From Williopsis jadinii (taxonomy: Eukaryota), in the NCBI GenBank assembly GCA_024346625.1, contig AP024666.1:434001-498000 (forward strand): a stretch of DNA of 64,000 nt, read 5' to 3'. Numbering within the stretch: the first letter of the stretch is position 1; every line of letters begins with the position of its first letter. Position numbers and translations under genes: made by a program. The notes under the pieces were generated by a model, which was not told the origin of the DNA, searched no databases, and saw only the letters and a list, made by a program, of their open reading frames with translations. This document shows positions 21,062-31,917 of this stretch, in pieces.

Positions 21062-23359
21062 CCTCTTGATCCAATTGTGTGTCCTTTTCTTGGTTCTTAG
21101 AAGATTGCTTCACCGTTCACGAAGTTGGTTAAAGGTCAGACGACCGACTCGATGTATAGGAATTTGGGACCATGAAATTAGAACCTTAACAACGATTCGT
21201 AAAGTGAGAGGAATTTTTATTGGTTTCTTTAAGTTTACTGGAACTCGCAATCGGGCAACGCCAGGCTGCCAGGGACTTACCAGGGACTACCAGCAATTCC
21301 CCTGTGTACGCGGGTCTGATGCAAACTCACGCATCCGCGATCAGGTTTACGCTTCCAAGGGGGACAGTACCGGTTAGATGAAAAAATATATAAGCCCTGT
21401 TTCAATGTTGGTTATGGGGCCATTCATCAGACAGGGCTGGATTATAAGGCTTAGCCAGTGTTTCGAATTAAGGAGATACTTCAACCGGTGAGGTCATTGA
21501 TACAGGGATTCATTTACAAGTGTTTTCTTTTTTGCAAAGAAAAGGGGCATCTTGAAAGCCGACCTACTATCTTAACGCTTGGATAGTTTTTCGCGCTCAT
21601 CGATTGGCAAAAGGTATTTGGGTCTGTCAGAGGTCTCAATGCAAGTTTGTTGACGCCGGTGCTCGGCAATACCGTACAGCGCGTTTGAGGGAGGACGCCG
21701 TTTTCAACAGCTTGCTCAATTTTGGAGAAGATTTTGGCAACCGTTCTTCCTGAGGAGAATTTTGAGGCTCAACTGCATTTCCATGCACATGAAGAATAAA
21801 CTCTCGTCGAGCTGCAAGCCCAAAGCTAAGGTTATCTTCGAAAGGGAAATATCCAAGCCAAAGCACTAACCTACTTTGATATGTATCGTTTGGAGACTTT
21901 TACACAGGGTAAGATTTGTCCTCTCATATTGATGATTTGTTGGTATTTTAAGCCCTCGACGTATCTCCTCCTATATGTAATGTAAACCATGCAGTCGCCT
22001 CAGCACCACACTGAAATTCAGGTTGCACAGTGCTTCCCGGGTTGTGCATTAGGATCGCAGAATACAGAGGACTTATTACACAGGGGTTGTCGTTGTGGCG
22101 ACAGTTTAGGAGTAAGGGTCGACCTGCATTGTTCTCACCCTCTAGACTTGGGAACAGGGGGTGTTGATATTCGATAAACTTATCAGTTGAACACAGTTCA
22201 TTGGTGAAAAACTTCAACACGTAGATCACTACTTGATATAATTGTGAACCTTGCTATGTATAAAATAGCTGATTGCATGACAGAATGTATGCCCGCCGAA
22301 CGATGAGGTTGCGGGCATAGCACTCGTGAAGTGATACTCGAATCCCTGAGTGTATGCAAGGCAATTTGTTCACAAAGTAGTTGGAACTACATCTCACAGA
22401 CACCAAATCAAGACGTATGGGCAGATGAATCTCAGATGTGTATGCGCATGATATGTGATGAATCAGTTCTCAGTAATATTTTAAGGACCTGAAATGGTTA
22501 ATGCAGCTGATTGAAATTTGCTGCAGATGGATACTTCAAGTGTAGTGTTTATACAAATAGGAAACACTCCGACAAGCTAATATGAATTCAACGCTTCTGC
22601 TCTTTAGGCCCTTAGCCCATTGAAGAGAGATACGTATACAAATTACCTGGAAAATTCAGAGCTATGTCAATTTTAGTTTACTTAGACAACAGCAAGCCAG
22701 TATCAAACCTAGAACCACCGCCTGTGCTTCAGATTGGTCGTTCTTGGCGTATTTGAGTTCGGATATGCCGGAAATCGACCACTTCTACTACAAAATCTAG
22801 AACGTCTTTGGAGCCGGAATGATATCCAAAAGATTCACTAATACGATTCCCGACTCCGTGTTTCTTCATACACTGCGGAGGTTTCAAACCCAATCGTATA
22901 TGGCGACTGTTAAGGACTCTGCACTTTTGTCGTCGTTTATTCGTGGATTTCAGGGGTTTTGAACCCCATTTCGCTGTATCCTAGATTGTCAATGACGCTT
23001 CCATAACGAATGTAGTTGGGCGCGCTAGCCTCCATACCGCTGTTGAACATTGATATATCCCTTTGAGAAGAACTGTTCCTCATCAAAATTGCTCTTTGTG
23101 AAGCAAATCTACACATAAATCCATTCAAGGACAAAGTAAATATCTTTTGATTACTCGCCACTCCTTTATCACGAAGTTTTTTTTTTTTCGCCAATGATCG
23201 AAGAGCCAGGCAGCGTCAGATTAAGATAGGAGAGTTGCCTGAGCGGTTTACGAAAGCCAAGAGTTGGTTTAAGTGTCAAAGACCCCCCCCCCCTCCATCT
23301 TTGGTCAGCTTACAGAATCTATAAAAAGATGTGTGATGCTCAATTTACACAAGTTGTTT

Positions 23360-24658
23360 TCAAAAGACTGTGCCGTCGCTGTAGAGATCAATTGGTGGTC
23401 CCTTAGTCTCTGGCCTCAATTGTGCGGCAATTTCTCTTCCAGATTTCCAGCTTCCAGCTTCAATAAGTTGTGGTAAGGATAGATCATAGTTGAGCTTCTT
23501 GTTGACGAGTGGTAGGATATAGTCCAAAAAGCCAATCGTGAGCGCTCTCCATTCGACAATCACACCGTCATCGGGTGTAAAACTTGGAATCTCTGGTGTC
23601 TTTGATTTGATCTCCTTGGAGAGCTCAAGTCCACGCTTGAGATGTTCCGGCTTCAACTCAATGACTTTCAAATCGTAGATCAAACCTCCGTTACGGTACT
23701 CTGGTAATCCGGTTTGTAGAGTCTGCTTTGAAATGTTGAACTTGTAACCATAATCCTTCAGGGGAACAATTAGTGAATAACACAGCCATTGCGTGAGCTT
23801 GTGGAAAGGGATGATGGTGTCAACAAAGTCAGTTACACCAAGCTTAGCCGTCGTAGATAAAGGCCATGCGTCACCGAGAGATATACCATCCACTTGAGTT
23901 CTTCCCTTCGGCCAGATGGATGTGAGCCCTTCCATCAATGCATTCCATAGTAATGGAAGTTCAAATGAATCATCGACAGACTGCTTGTGGAGGTACTCAA
24001 TGAGATTTCCTGGTCTACCGTCCTCACCAAAAATCTCAATGTTCGACTGCAACGCCTTACCCAAATTTTGCAGAAGTTGTAAGCGTCCTTCAGTTCCAGT
24101 TAGAGGATTGGCCTTGGAGATTTGAAATGATTTGATCAATTGGGGCTCTTCGAAGGACACCAACTTAGATGCACTGACCTTATAAGGATCATTTGGATCG
24201 TCGCTCAGTTCTCCATTCTTGAACATATCCATAGATACAATGGCCAGACCTTCAGATCTATTGAAAACTTTGGACGTTCCCTTCTCGGTGTATCTCCACT
24301 CATTGCCGGCACCAGCATCGATCAATACGGAGAAAACGAAAAGATCGATGAGCTTCTTTCCGATCTCAATCTCAGCAACATTCTGTGATCTCCATAGTCC
24401 GATCAGGGACTCGACGCGCAAGTCACCACCAGCGTTGAGATGACCCCAACGACCATGTGGTGGGATAGTATCATACTTGTCCTTGAAATCTCTATCAATG
24501 ACATTAGTAACAAAGTCAACAACATCATCGACTTTGGACAGATCAACATCAAAGTAATCCAAATTGTTCTTCAAGGCAAGCTCAAATATTGGGGCAGTAT
24601 GCTGGCGTACAGCTTGAATCTGTAACAATTCTTTCGCTTTTTCAATATCCTGTGTCAT
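23360..24658 (-). CDS. URC4: Uracil catabolism protein 4 (DUF1688, Urc4/Urg3-like)
   Basis: Motifs IPPHGRW, DLFVFSVLIDAGAG, PFHKLTQWLCYSL, TGLPEYRNGG and terminal SDGTVF; ATG at 24658. Confidence 0.9.
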   Translation of the reverse strand: MTQDIEKAKELLQIQAVRQHTAPIFELALKNNLDYFDVDLSKVDDVVDFVTNVIDRDFKDKYDTIPPHGRWGHLNAGGDLRVESLIGLWRSQNVAEIEIGKKLIDLFVFSVLIDAGAGNEWRYTEKGTSKVFNRSEGLAIVSMDMFKNGELSDDPNDPYKVSASKLVSFEEPQLIKSFQISKANPLTGTEGRLQLLQNLGKALQSNIEIFGEDGRPGNLIEYLHKQSVDDSFELPLLWNALMEGLTSIWPKGRTQVDGISLGDAWPLSTTAKLGVTDFVDTIIPFHKLTQWLCYSLIVPLKDYGYKFNISKQTLQTGLPEYRNGGLIYDLKVIELKPEHLKRGLELSKEIKSKTPEIPSFTPDDGVIVEWRALTIGFLDYILPLVNKKLNYDLSLPQLIEAGSWKSGREIAAQLRPETKGPPIDLYSDGTVF

Positions 24659-25069
24659 TCCAATGCCTATGCCTAAAATTAATGTTTGAATAGAAGTGGT
24701 CAAGTTTCGTATTCAAGGGATGCCTTGTTGATTTTATATACTATAACAATTCACAAATGGATTACGTTCGAAGTGTCACCGCAATCCTTATCTCCGTCGG
24801 GGTAATAACCATAGTTCCGTACACGTGATAGTTATTCAAACTGAAGCCTTGAGAGATTGTCAGGGTAACAAAACAACTCCCCTTCAAACATCCAGACACC
24901 ACAGACTCACCTTTTCTCTATCAAGTATTATGGTTTGTGCAACAACGCAGTTTTTTTCCTCACAAGCACGCAAAGTAGTGAAAAAAAAAAGTGAAAATTT
25001 CTTCAAGAACTCTTACTGTCACCTTTTTGGATCTCTTCAACCAACTTTCAAGAAGTAAAAGGTATTATA

Positions 25070-25420
25070 ATGTCTGAAATTGAGAAGAAAGAGCAACAAC
25101 AAGAAGTTGTCATCCACAAGATCAAGATGACCTTGGTTTCCACCAAGGTTAAGCAATTGGAGAAGGTCTGTGCCTCCATTGTCTCCAACGCTTCTGAGAA
25201 GAAATTGGTCACCAAGGGTCCAATCAGAATGCCAACCAAGGTTTTGAAGATTGCCACCAGAAAGACTCCAAACGGTGAGGGTTCTAAGACCTGGGATTCT
25301 TATGAGATGAGAATCCACAAGAGAGTTATTCACTTGCAAGCCCCAGCTGCTATTGTCAAGCAAATCACTCAAATCACCATCGAGCCTGGTGTGGATGTCG
25401 AGGTCACCGTTGCTGCTTAA
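25070..25420 (+). CDS. RPS20: 40S ribosomal protein uS10
   Basis: [28 protein letters not shown]; strong codon bias; RRPE-like TGAAAATTT at 24992-25000. Confidence 0.98.
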   Translation: MSEIEKKEQQQEVVIHKIKMTLVSTKVKQLEKVCASIVSNASEKKLVTKGPIRMPTKVLKIATRKTPNGEGSKTWDSYEMRIHKRVIHLQAPAAIVKQITQITIEPGVDVEVTVAA

Positions 25421-25982
25421 AGTTTTAACTAACTTTAGCTAAAATGTGACCTGTATAAAAAAGCATCTCAAAAGCTCATTCTGCTGTGTTTTATGTGTTG
25501 ATGTTATAAGAACTCTAAAGGTTGAAATTACGGTATAAACCTCATTGTTTTTCATTAGCTCTAGATCATTCAGTTCTAATACCTCTGGTGATTATCAGCT
25601 GTTTATATTCCGTTGGTTCGGGTTCTCTATAAAACAATATATTTCATCGCCGAGACTGCTTGTAGTAAATTTGTAGAAAATGCTTGTTAAGAAGAATGGA
25701 TTGACAGTTCAACATCCAAGCTAAATCAAAAATCTTCTGAAGTCTCGATAATCATATCACAAGTGTCCAAAACACCATCGGTTTCCTGATCTGTCAAGAA
25801 TACTCTTGAGATGAACACTTTAACGACATAATGGAATACTCATAAAAAGAAAGATGTTGATATTACTCCAGTGAGGTACGGAGAAACCCTAGGCAACAAA
25901 CATAATGAGGTGCCCAGTTGTCCCAATACTTGTTCAGGTAACTCAGTAAAATCACAGTGTGGCCATGTATTTAACACCACTC

Positions 25983-26079
25983 CCTCGGTCATTCTAGACA
26001 TTACACCCAAACACCAGTGATCCCTCGCGGTTATTTCCCTTTAGAGATTTGGCCTCGGTCAAATTATCCATAACCCCCG
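25983..26079. promoter_or_regulatory. Fatty-acid-response elements upstream of FOX2
   Basis: CCTCGG at 25983-25988 and 26053-26058. ORE-consensus CGG-N3-TTA-N12-CCG on the minus strand at 26056-26079. Confidence 0.55.
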
Positions 26080-26614
26080 CAAAGAAAAGAATGAGACGCT
26101 CGCTTGACCGGTACGGGACCAAAGTTTGTTTGTGTGTTTTTTTTTGTGTCACCGGTGGCTAGTCATCGTTCCAAGCGTGGAGAACCAAGATACTAAACCG
26201 TAGGAAAAGTGTGTCCAACGACTCTGGCGGGAGGGGGTGCTTCCTTCAACCTCGATTTCATCATTTTACCACGGCAAAACGGTAACGGGAAACAGGTCGA
26301 CACCCATCTCAGGGGAAGGTTTAACCTGCTGTACTCCATAAAGACCAGTTTTCTGTCCCCCACAAATTCCAGCCAACGGTTAGAATTATAGCGAAAAGTG
26401 CAAAAAATTATCTTACGGGTAACAACATACAAATTTGACAATTCATGGCAATTATCGCAACCAACCCCGGTTTCGAGGAGGGGAATCATGAGTGGCCCAT
26501 TGAAATTATATATAAACACGCTGTCTTGTTCCCAACTTCAGTCTTCTTGTTGTTCTTCTTAGCAAAACGTTTTGTAGCGGATTAATAATATCACACATTG
26601 GGACTGTCAAAACA

Positions 26615-29302
26615 ATGGGTGAGCAATTGTTATTTAAGGATAAAGTTGTCATCATCACCGGTGCTGGTGGTGGTTTGGGAAAGCAGTACGCACTCGCTTA
26701 TGCAAAGAGAGGTGCTAAAGTTGTCGTGAACGACTTGGGCGGCTCGTTGAAAGGTGATGCTGGTGGAGAGAATCACAGGGCGGCAGATGTCGTTGTCAAC
26801 GAGATCAAAGCCGCCGGTGGTGTAGCTGTGGCAAATTACGATTCCGTGGAGTTTGGTGATCGTATTGTTGACACCGCGGTGAAGAACTTCGGTACCGTTC
26901 ACGTTATCATCAACAATGCCGGAATCTTGAGAGATTCCAGTTTCAAAAACATGACGGAGAAGGATTTCCAATTAGTCCTTGCCGTGCACCTGAGAGGTGC
27001 TTACAAACTGACCAAGGCTGCTTGGCCATATTTCAGAAATCAGAAATATGGTCGTATCGTTAACACTTCTTCTCCAGCTGGTTTATACGGTAACTTTGGA
27101 CAAGCTAACTATGCCTTAGCCAAGTCTGCCTTGATCGGTTTTGGTGAGACGTTGGCTAAAGAAGGTAGCAAGTACAACATCAATGTTAACATCATTGCAC
27201 CATTGGCCAGATCAAGAATGACCGAGGAGATTCTCCCAAAAGATATGCTAGAGAAATTAGGACCAGAAAAGGTTGTGCCATTGGTTCTTTATTTGACTCA
27301 TGAATCTTCAACCTCCACAAACTCCATCTATGAGGTTGCAGCTGGTTTCTATGGCCAAATCCGCTGGCAAAGATCGTCGGGTGAACTCTTCAAGCCTGAT
27401 GAGACTTTCACTCCAGAGGCTATTTTGAACAAGTACAAAGATATCTTCAAGTTTGAGGATAAACCATTCAACAAAGTTTCGTATCCAAACCAGCTTTCAG
27501 ATTACAATAGATTGGTTGCAGAGAGCGTGAAACTCCCAAAGAATGATCAAGGGAACAAGAAGGTTTCTCTGAAGGGTAAAGTTGTCATCGTTACAGGTGC
27601 TGGTAATGGTCTCGGTCGTGCACATGCCTTGTTGTTTGGTAAGTATGGTGCAAAAGTTGTCGTCAACGATATTGCCAACCCAGACAATGTTGTCAACGAA
27701 ATCAGACAAGCTGGCGGTGATGCTGTTGGTAACAAATCCAACGTTGTCACTGAAGGTGAAGGTATTATCAAGACTGCATTGGACACCTATGGTCGTGTCG
27801 ATGTACTTGTTAACAATGCTGGTATCTTAAGAGACCGGTCTTTCCTCAAAATGACCGATGCTGAGTGGGACCAAATCCAAGATATCCATGTTTTGGCACC
27901 TTACAGATTGTCCAAGCTTGTTTGGCCTTTGTTCTTGAAACAGAAATCCGGTACCATTATCAACATGACATCTACTTCGGGTATTTATGGTTCCTTTGGT
28001 CAAGCTAACTATGCTGCTGCAAAGTGTGGTATCATTGGATTTACCAAGACATTGGCCATTGAAGGTGCTAAGCACGGTATCAGAGCAGTTGCAATTGCCC
28101 CACACGCTGAAACAGCCATGACAAAGACTATTTTCAAGGAGGATGAGTTTAACAAATTTGATCCTTCACAGGTTTCTCCATTTGTTGTACTTGCTGCTTC
28201 AGATGCCATTAATGCTTCAGGCTTGGTATTTGAGGTTGGTGCTGGTTGGATTGGTAACACCAGATGGCAAACAGCTAAAGGTGCTGTTGGAAAGGGTGAA
28301 ATTGAACCCGAGTTCATTAGAGACCACTGGAATGAGATTGTCGACTTTTCTGAGCCAGCATATAACAAGTCCACTCAAGATTCTTCTCTAAACATTTTGG
28401 GCGCGTTGGCCAGAGATGAGGTTGATGAAGATGACGACGATGATGACGACGACGATGAAGAGGATTCTAAGGATACTTTCAAGTACACTGAACGTGATGT
28501 CATCTTGTATAACTTGGGTCTTGGTGCCAAAGCTAAAGAACTCAATTACGTCTACGAGGGTGATCCAAACTTTGAAGTCATTCCTTCCTACGGTGTTATT
28601 CCATTCATGGATGAGAGCGGTGGCTTAGAGGTTAACAAATTGTTGACTAACTTCAACCCTGCCTTGTTGTTACACGGAGAGCAATATTTGCGTTTGCACA
28701 AGTTCCCATTGCCAACTAGTGCAACATTGCGTACAGAGGCGTACCCTGTGGAAGTTCAAAACAAGGGTTCTAAGGCAGCTGTTGTCGTTGGTGGATTCAA
28801 GACTTACGATAAGAACACTGGTGAGTTGATCTTCTACAACGAGTCAACTACTTTTATCAGAAAGGCACAAGCAGCTGATGGTTCCAAGAAGTACAAGGAC
28901 AGAACCACATTTGCTGTTGCTTCTCATGAAGCCCCATCGGCCACGCCAGATTATGAAATCACTGTTCCAACGTCTGAAGACCAAGCTGCAATCTATAGAC
29001 TGTCAGGTGATTACAACCCGCTGCACATTGATCCAAAATTTGCCGCAAAGGCAAACTTCCCAAAGCCAATCTTACACGGTTTGGCCAGTTTTGGCATTAC
29101 TGTGAAACAATTGTACGAAAAGTTTGGTCCATTCAAGGAGATCAAGGTGCGTTTCACCAATGTGGTTTACCCAGGTGAGCATTTGAAGGTTAAGGCATGG
29201 AAGAATGGTAACAAGGTTACTTTCCAAACGTGGTCTGTTGAGCGTAATGTCTGTGTCATCAACAATGCCGCATTGAACTTGGGCACTGGTGCTAAGTTGT
29301 AA
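26615..29302 (+). CDS. FOX2: Peroxisomal multifunctional beta-oxidation enzyme MFE-2
   Basis: Two SDR domains (TGAGGGLG/TGAGNGLG, NNAGILRD), an acidic linker, the hydratase motif YRLSGDYNPLHIDP and PTS1 -AKL. Confidence 0.98.
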   Translation: MGEQLLFKDKVVIITGAGGGLGKQYALAYAKRGAKVVVNDLGGSLKGDAGGENHRAADVVVNEIKAAGGVAVANYDSVEFGDRIVDTAVKNFGTVHVIINNAGILRDSSFKNMTEKDFQLVLAVHLRGAYKLTKAAWPYFRNQKYGRIVNTSSPAGLYGNFGQANYALAKSALIGFGETLAKEGSKYNINVNIIAPLARSRMTEEILPKDMLEKLGPEKVVPLVLYLTHESSTSTNSIYEVAAGFYGQIRWQRSSGELFKPDETFTPEAILNKYKDIFKFEDKPFNKVSYPNQLSDYNRLVAESVKLPKNDQGNKKVSLKGKVVIVTGAGNGLGRAHALLFGKYGAKVVVNDIANPDNVVNEIRQAGGDAVGNKSNVVTEGEGIIKTALDTYGRVDVLVNNAGILRDRSFLKMTDAEWDQIQDIHVLAPYRLSKLVWPLFLKQKSGTIINMTSTSGIYGSFGQANYAAAKCGIIGFTKTLAIEGAKHGIRAVAIAPHAETAMTKTIFKEDEFNKFDPSQVSPFVVLAASDAINASGLVFEVGAGWIGNTRWQTAKGAVGKGEIEPEFIRDHWNEIVDFSEPAYNKSTQDSSLNILGALARDEVDEDDDDDDDDDEEDSKDTFKYTERDVILYNLGLGAKAKELNYVYEGDPNFEVIPSYGVIPFMDESGGLEVNKLLTNFNPALLLHGEQYLRLHKFPLPTSATLRTEAYPVEVQNKGSKAAVVVGGFKTYDKNTGELIFYNESTTFIRKAQAADGSKKYKDRTTFAVASHEAPSATPDYEITVPTSEDQAAIYRLSGDYNPLHIDPKFAAKANFPKPILHGLASFGITVKQLYEKFGPFKEIKVRFTNVVYPGEHLKVKAWKNGNKVTFQTWSVERNVCVINNAALNLGTGAKL

Positions 29303-29434
29303 ATTAATAAATAGGCAATATAACGAACATGTGAGTATGAAATTTACACTGAAATTGTAGAAAGAAATTCATTAAGTCATTATTATCATTAGTTATGGTT
29401 ATAGTAAGGATAGTTTTGATAGCGTTTATGTACA

Positions 29435-31168
29435 TTAACCGAACAGCTTCCCATGAGATTTGATAAAATCATTTGGGTGATCGTACTTGATCTCATCGTA
29501 GAAGTATTCAACTTGATAGTTACCAGAGCTTTCGTACCAACCTCTTCTCTTCAAGAAGTTCTTTTCAGGCATACCAGGAACCGGGAAGAAGTAAACCAAA
29601 AGGCAGTAAATTCCAAAGGACGTCAAGTAACCAGAGAAGAAAGAGACGTTATAAACATAGGTGGCACCTATAGGGACCTTTGCTCCACAAGCACCGACAA
29701 ATCCGACAACATTTGGCAGAATACCACAAATATAAGCTGCATATGCTCTCCAATTGATGCCAAATCTATTGTATGAATAGTTCTTGTCTGCACCGTGTTG
29801 ATACAGATGGAAGACATTGATATACCCTCTTCTAACAACCAAGTAATCTGCAGCAATGACACCGGCGATAGCACTAAGGAACACAGAATATGCACTAAGA
29901 TAGGTTGTGAAGTTTGCACTTGAAGACATGAAGTGCCATGGACAAATGGCAAAAGCCACAGCAGCACATACAAATCCACCACGTCTGATATTGATGAATC
30001 TAGGGAGAAGAGCAGAACCGTCAGTCCCTGCAGAGATGGAATTTGCAGATATGTTTGTACCAACCTGAGCTAAAGCAAAGGCAGCAGATATGAAAAAGAC
30101 ACCAGCACGATCACCTGGTGTGTAATCTTCCACATAACGGGTCAACAGATCCAGAGGAGACCAGTATACCTCGCCATACAAGCTCTTTGATGCAGAAGAA
30201 GCCAAAATACCGATGAGCGATGTTGTGGCAAAGCATATTGGAATGGCAACAAATTGTGATAAGGAAGAATCCTTTGGTCTTTTTGCCAAACGGGAGAAAT
30301 CTGGAGCGTTGAGGATGAAGGTTGAGAAATTGGATAGAGAACTCATTGTGGAGTTTATGAAAGCCCAAGCATGGTCCGAGGTTGATAAAGCCGTTTGTTC
30401 ATGGATAACAGGGCCAATTCCATGTGCACGAACAATAGTCCACACTAAGAAGGCAATACCTGCGGTAGAACAGAAGTAAGCTTTGGCTGTAAACAGGTGT
30501 CTGACAGTTTGAGGTCTGCAATAGATAAAAGGTAGGGAAAACAGTGAGAATAAAAAGTAGCACATGAACTGGAAAGTTGTAGTACCAGAATTTGGTATTC
30601 CATTGTGAATTCTAGTATCCAAGTCTGCACCAAAGATAGACTTCAGCATTAACTGGACACACTCAGATCCCAGCCATGCTTGCACTGAGTACCAGACAAA
30701 TGCCATGACGACTCTGTTTAAGACAGGCCAAATGGATCCAAATGTACCAAATGATGCTCTGCAACTAACAGGGAAGGAGATGTGATAATGAGAACCAACC
30801 CTTTGGGATATTGAAACAAATACGGAGAGAAAGAAATATCCCAACCACACAGAGATCCAACATTCCCACCATGACAGTCCTGCCTGAACACCAGTGGATG
30901 CAATTTGCCAGGTATTGATATTGAAGGACTCGCTAACCCAAAGGAATACAAAATTATACCAGCTCCATGGTCTCTCATGTTCATCAAACACTGGCTGTAA
31001 ATCCTGATTAATGAGGAACTGCTCGGAGACGGTGAGTGATAAGTCAGAGTCATGCAATGACAACCAAGTCCAGAACCTCTTCTGCAAAGACTGGTTTTCA
31101 GTTTCTGGAAGGTTACCAGTAAGCTCTGTCTCCTGGGATTTGATGCTATCAAACTCCACTTTCTCCAT
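29435..31168 (-). CDS. NCS1-family uracil/allantoin permease (Fur4/Dal4/Fui1-like), copy 1
   Basis: WVSESFNINTWQIA, NAPDFSR and GTNISANSISAGTD. Start placed at 31168 because a TATA-like CTTATAAAAA lies downstream of the alternative ATG at 31267. Confidence 0.92.
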   Translation of the reverse strand: MEKVEFDSIKSQETELTGNLPETENQSLQKRFWTWLSLHDSDLSLTVSEQFLINQDLQPVFDEHERPWSWYNFVFLWVSESFNINTWQIASTGVQAGLSWWECWISVWLGYFFLSVFVSISQRVGSHYHISFPVSCRASFGTFGSIWPVLNRVVMAFVWYSVQAWLGSECVQLMLKSIFGADLDTRIHNGIPNSGTTTFQFMCYFLFSLFSLPFIYCRPQTVRHLFTAKAYFCSTAGIAFLVWTIVRAHGIGPVIHEQTALSTSDHAWAFINSTMSSLSNFSTFILNAPDFSRLAKRPKDSSLSQFVAIPICFATTSLIGILASSASKSLYGEVYWSPLDLLTRYVEDYTPGDRAGVFFISAAFALAQVGTNISANSISAGTDGSALLPRFINIRRGGFVCAAVAFAICPWHFMSSSANFTTYLSAYSVFLSAIAGVIAADYLVVRRGYINVFHLYQHGADKNYSYNRFGINWRAYAAYICGILPNVVGFVGACGAKVPIGATYVYNVSFFSGYLTSFGIYCLLVYFFPVPGMPEKNFLKRRGWYESSGNYQVEYFYDEIKYDHPNDFIKSHGKLFG

Positions 31169-31917
31169 TTTGTTGATGTCTAGTCCATATTGAATATAAA
31201 ACTGAACTCTTCTGATGTAAAATTTTTCGAGTCTTGAGGAATAGTTTTTATAAGAAGAGGTCTCCATGTATATTGAAGAAATTTTTTATTCGAGCGGCGT
31301 TTAAAGACTTCAACACTGCATAGGCCTTGCATGATGCATAGAGCTGAAATGCCATTAGCTGTTATTTGGGAAATCAAAAATTTTTCACCAAATATTACAT
31401 TTCCTACTAAAAAGCCCTGGGTAGTTTATCTATTCCCTTTAGAAAATGCAGTTGGTTTAGTGCTTTGTATGAATTCGCTTTATTGAACTCTCTTGAGAAG
31501 TGCTTACTCATTTGCTGACACCAAATTAGTTCTGGTCTGCTGATGAGGTGGTGTCATGGAGCCGTGCACGGTGACGGTTGTAGTTCAGCGTCAAGTTTCT
31601 TTTTTAATGCCTTTAACTAGTGAGGCGAAAGAACCAAACCCTTCTCGTATAATCACACCTTTAAAACTGGTGATGGAAAAGTACGACTCTCCTGATGAAG
31701 TTCTACACAGCTAAGAGAAAGAATGAAAATCAACATGGTGAGAATGTACAGGCTTGGTTCCTAGGCACGAAAAGGGTGCCAATTGCGACGGGAGGAGCTT
31801 CACACACCCATTCATCTGCGCTACAATGGTAAGGCAGTCGATTGAAAACCATTCTTTTAGAAAAAGCGAGTGAAAAAGACAATATTAAATTTAAAACCAA
31901 TATAACTGGTGAGAAGT

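Noticed and set aside
21400..23300. Gene-free 1.9-kb interval with protein-like fragments (e.g. YQHPLFPSL, ILEKILATVLPEENFEAQL) and an 8-bp hairpin ATGCCCGC...GCGGGCAT
   Set aside because: It may be an old pseudogene, but I could not assign any family or consistent frame.
24798..24819. CGG-N16-CCG upstream of URC4 as a Urc2 binding site
   Set aside because: It is a generic zinc-cluster-like pair, and I cannot match its spacing to a known URC element.
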